A DNA stretch of 61,691 nucleotides, counting the filler, from Perkinsus chesapeaki ATCC PRA-425 (Eukaryota; Protista; Perkinsozoa), in NCBI GenBank assembly GCA_013115145.1. It is 9 parts of 9 records of this genome, joined end to end, with 100 filler letters (N's around TTAATTAATTAA, not from the genome) between each part and the next. Parts side by side here need not be neighbours in the genome. Positions count along the whole stretch, not along the records: positions 56,964 to 61,691 come from JAAPAO010001235.1; 8 more parts are not named here. One strand, given 5' to 3'. A model generated the notes under the pieces. The model searched no databases. It was given only the letters and a program-made list of their open reading frames with translations, and was not told the origin of the DNA. Below, one piece after another: positions 59,083-61,691 of this stretch. The translations under genes and the position numbers were made by a program. The stretch's first letter is position 1. Each line of letters opens with the position of its first letter.

Positions 59083-61691
59083 ACGAGAACGTCATCCATA
59101 TACCAACTCACCCTCCTTTGGTCCAGTAGCTCACTCATCGACGTCATGAAGAGAGAGTGTATAGCATAACACCACCAGGAAGCGCTCCCTACCCATCCCA
59201 TAGTCAGCCTCGTGTGTTTAACCATACGAGCTCGCCCCTCCCGGTCGCGGAAGCAAAACCCAAAGAGCCGTTGAGAACTCGCCTCGTACTCCAGATTATA
59301 GTAGGCGTTCTTGATGTCCAACGACCCATAGAAAACCGACCCGGAAGAGGGGATAACCGCCAGAACTTGCGGAATCGTTGACTGGTAGGTATCCCATGAC
59401 CGCGGAAGCTCCTTGGTGACCTCATTCACGGGTCGTTCGTCGATAACCAACCGGTAGTAGTTCGACACATTCTCCGAGTCCAAGCCCTCGGCCTCAGGGA
59501 GCTCCTCGTCTGGAACCTTACCGACCACGAAGCAGGATACCACCCAAAGGTCGTCTCTCACCACCGCGTCGTCGTCGACGAACTCGGCGATACCGTCCCT
59601 TACCATGAGATCGACCAATAGTCCTGTGGCCTTCTGCTCGCGCTCGTCGGTCCGGTAGGGCAGCCGAGGTTTCGGGCGTATGGCATTCGGCTTGAGGTCG
59701 ACGTGGACCTTCGGCCATTCCCACGTACCGAGGCGTTGCCGGATCTCCTCCCGAGAAGGAAGCTCCAACACGCCCTCTTCTCGGGGATGGCTCTCTGAGG
59801 CCTCGAGCCGGAACAATGGTCGCCCGCCCGTATATCCTGGCAAAGGCACGAGTTCCCACTCCGCTCCGAGCGCCTCAGAGTAAAAGATGCCTCTCTGTAG
59901 GCAGAGCTTAGCGCCCATACGACGCATCGAACCCATGCCCAAGAGGAAAGCGTAGGGTGGTATAACCTCGCTCAAGTCGTCGGAGACGTAGAGGTCCAAG
60001 ATAAAACGGGTGACAGACTCACCCCGCCCTGGAACGCATAAGGTTGTTGTTGCCTTGGAGTAAGCCTTGATTGTCTCCCCCTGCTTGGCAGTCGATAATA
60101 CCACCGGCTCGTCCAACCTTTCCGTTACCAAACCAAGTCGGCGGACGCCAGCCGACGAGATGAGATTTAGGTCGGCCCCTGTGTCGATCGCCATCAGGAC
60201 CTCGCCCCCTGGAGTCTGGCCACTCGCAGGGACCTGAGCAACCACGCCTTGTACACTCTCGCAGCCGACCATGAAAGTCCTCGGTGCCCCTCTGGAGGTA
60301 TCATCGCCCCTCCCAGACCGGGCCTTCTGTTTGTCCTTATACCACTGGGGCACCTTAGACTCGTTCTTGGGGTTCTTCCAGCACTCCTCGTCTGAGTGTT
60401 TCCAGCCACCTCGCAGACCTTTCTCGGCGCAGTAAGAGCATCTCTGCTTTTGGGTAGCCGTGGAGGGTGTCGCCGACCCTACTGCGGCCTGGGTCTGCCC
60501 TTTCTGAGCGTCTGGCCGAGGTTTACCGGGGCGAGGCGGAGCCCCGGAAACCGTCCTCAGACGGGACTCTTGGTAAATGGCGGCGTCCCTTATCTCCTCC
60601 AGTCCCATCTGTAGAAGACGATGACCACAAGACTGCTCCAGTCCATGCTTTATAGGCGAACGGAAACCAGCCACGAACTTCGCTGTCACCAAGGGCTCCG
60701 ACAAGCCCACGTTGGTGACCTTGCGGAAAAGAGTCGCCTCCGTACGCAAGCGAGCGTAATACTTGAGAACATCCTCGTCGTCCTTCTGCTTTGTGTTCTC
60801 CCACCGGCAGGCTGCAGTCTGTGCATTGTCCAACCCCCCATATTTAGAGTCCAGACATCTCCATACATCTTCAACCGTAGCTTTCTCACTGTCGAGGCCG
60901 GCCGCCACTTCCAGACGCAATGACGCCCCCAAGTGCCGAACGAGATAGACCAGCGCTGCTCTTCCCTTCAATCCATAGAACAGTAGGGATATCTGTAAGT
61001 TGCACTTGAAGGCGGTGTAGGTCAGCTTCTCATCCGGGCCGTCGAAAACGTCTCCCTCCTGGACACTGGGAAGCTTGCTCTCATCTACCTTCGCGTAACC
61101 GTGGCCAGGGCTAGAGGTCTCTGGCTCTACGTGAAGACTCGTAGCTTGCCTGGAGCTCGCGTTGAAGCCTCCCACGAACGAGTTGAGGAAGGTCTTTTCG
61201 TTGCCCAGAGACGCCAAGCGCGCCAGACGGTAGGCCCTTTTGGTAGCCTGGCCGGCGAGGTAGGCGGCGAGTGGACACAGCCATACCGGCGAGGCCCCGT
61301 GGATACCCCCCGCATAGACCATGAGCACGAAAACGAGACGACCATACTCGTCCTTGGGGCTGAAGTGCTCGGCTTGTTCGCTGGGGGAGGCACCCTGTGA
61401 AGACTCCTTGGGAGGTAGATACCTAGCAATCTCCTTAGCCCATGGGCCGAGGAGAGGCACGGCGTCGGCCCCTTTCCTCGCCTCTTCTTCCAACCACAAA
61501 AGCTTGTCCAGTTGCTCGTCGATGATGTTGGGGTCGAAACCGGGAAGAGGGACCGAAAAGTCGAGGAAGGCATAACAAGTATTCTGCACTTCCTCAGTAG
61601 AAAGCCATTTTCTGATCTCTGTAGCCATAGCGGGATCAAGCCACTCGTTTTCTGGTGCAAACCCAACAGTCGGGACATTAGACGAAGAAGG
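59043..61691 (-). CDS. Gypsy gag-PR-RT ORF, open to the window edge, terminated by a 14-nt insertion just after YMDD
   Basis: ORF track 59043..61628; manual translation shows the frame also open from 61691 to 61628. Confidence 0.9.
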   Translation of the reverse strand, partial: PSSSNVPTVGFAPENEWLDPAMATEIRKWLSTEEVQNTCYAFLDFSVPLPGFDPNIIDEQLDKLLWLEEEARKGADAVPLLGPWAKEIARYLPPKESSQGASPSEQAEHFSPKDEYGRLVFVLMVYAGGIHGASPVWLCPLAAYLAGQATKRAYRLARLASLGNEKTFLNSFVGGFNASSRQATSLHVEPETSSPGHGYAKVDESKLPSVQEGDVFDGPDEKLTYTAFKCNLQISLLFYGLKGRAALVYLVRHLGASLRLEVAAGLDSEKATVEDVWRCLDSKYGGLDNAQTAACRWENTKQKDDEDVLKYYARLRTEATLFRKVTNVGLSEPLVTAKFVAGFRSPIKHGLEQSCGHRLLQMGLEEIRDAAIYQESRLRTVSGAPPRPGKPRPDAQKGQTQAAVGSATPSTATQKQRCSYCAEKGLRGGWKHSDEECWKNPKNESKVPQWYKDKQKARSGRGDDTSRGAPRTFMVGCESVQGVVAQVPASGQTPGGEVLMAIDTGADLNLISSAGVRRLGLVTERLDEPVVLSTAKQGETIKAYSKATTTLCVPGRGESVTRFILDLYVSDDLSEVIPPYAFLLGMGSMRRMGAKLCLQRGIFYSEALGAEWELVPLPGYTGGRPLFRLEASESHPREEGVLELPSREEIRQRLGTWEWPKVHVDLKPNAIRPKPRLPYRTDEREQKATGLLVDLMVRDGIAEFVDDDAVVRDDLWVVSCFVVGKVPDEELPEAEGLDSENVSNYYRLVIDERPVNEVTKELPRSWDTYQSTIPQVLAVIPSSGSVFYGSLDIKNAYYNLEYEASSQRLFGFCFRDREGRARMVKHTRLTMGWVGSASWWCYAIHSLFMTSMSELLDQRRVSWYMDDVLVWGRTVRPALPRR

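Larger units (their letters stand above)
56964..61691 (-). mobile_element. Ty3/Gypsy LTR retrotransposon internal region, gag-pol, disrupted; LTRs not in the window
   Basis: CX2CX10HX4C knuckle, AIDTGA (PR), YRLVIDER, LDIKNAYY, YMDD (RT), VDAS...ELYA...TDS (RH), H..C..C, CIDH, VSDN, SNGTAEG (IN). Confidence 0.93.

Overview
Eukaryotic, intron-rich protist DNA, most likely a Perkinsus-like alveolate (inferred from short GT-AG introns, N/Q-rich proteins, lineage-specific secreted proteins and an extremely AT-rich contig; not confirmed by any search). The window is nine contigs joined by eight artificial 100-nt linkers (44 N + TTAATTAATTAA + 44 N), so adjacency across linkers is not biological. 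Contents: a 5'-truncated LINE with RNase H; a compact AT-rich gene cluster (RRM protein, C45 peptidase, ribokinase, Nudix hydrolase, O-methyltransferase); a long coiled-coil/EF-hand gene; a gag-RRM ORF; a full-length BEL/Pao-like LTR retrotransposon (278-bp LTRs, CTTAG TSD, tandem CCCH fingers); a B-box gene; a possible mitochondrial contig; an internally deleted LTR element; two paralogous secreted-protein genes; and a Ty3/Gypsy element. Strongest signal: a stereotyped 22-nt scar, X1-7 + reverse complement(X1-8) + X2-8 (net +14 nt), found exactly at 11 sites and with 1-2 mismatches at six more. Two copies frameshift retrotransposon pol genes. The geometry fits excision of an 8-bp-TSD, hairpin-forming (hAT-type) transposon repaired by annealing the two opened hairpins. 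Second signal: three 40-62-nt introns each carrying a sense-strand tRNA T-arm/acceptor fragment. All analysis was by eye; no database searches were run.
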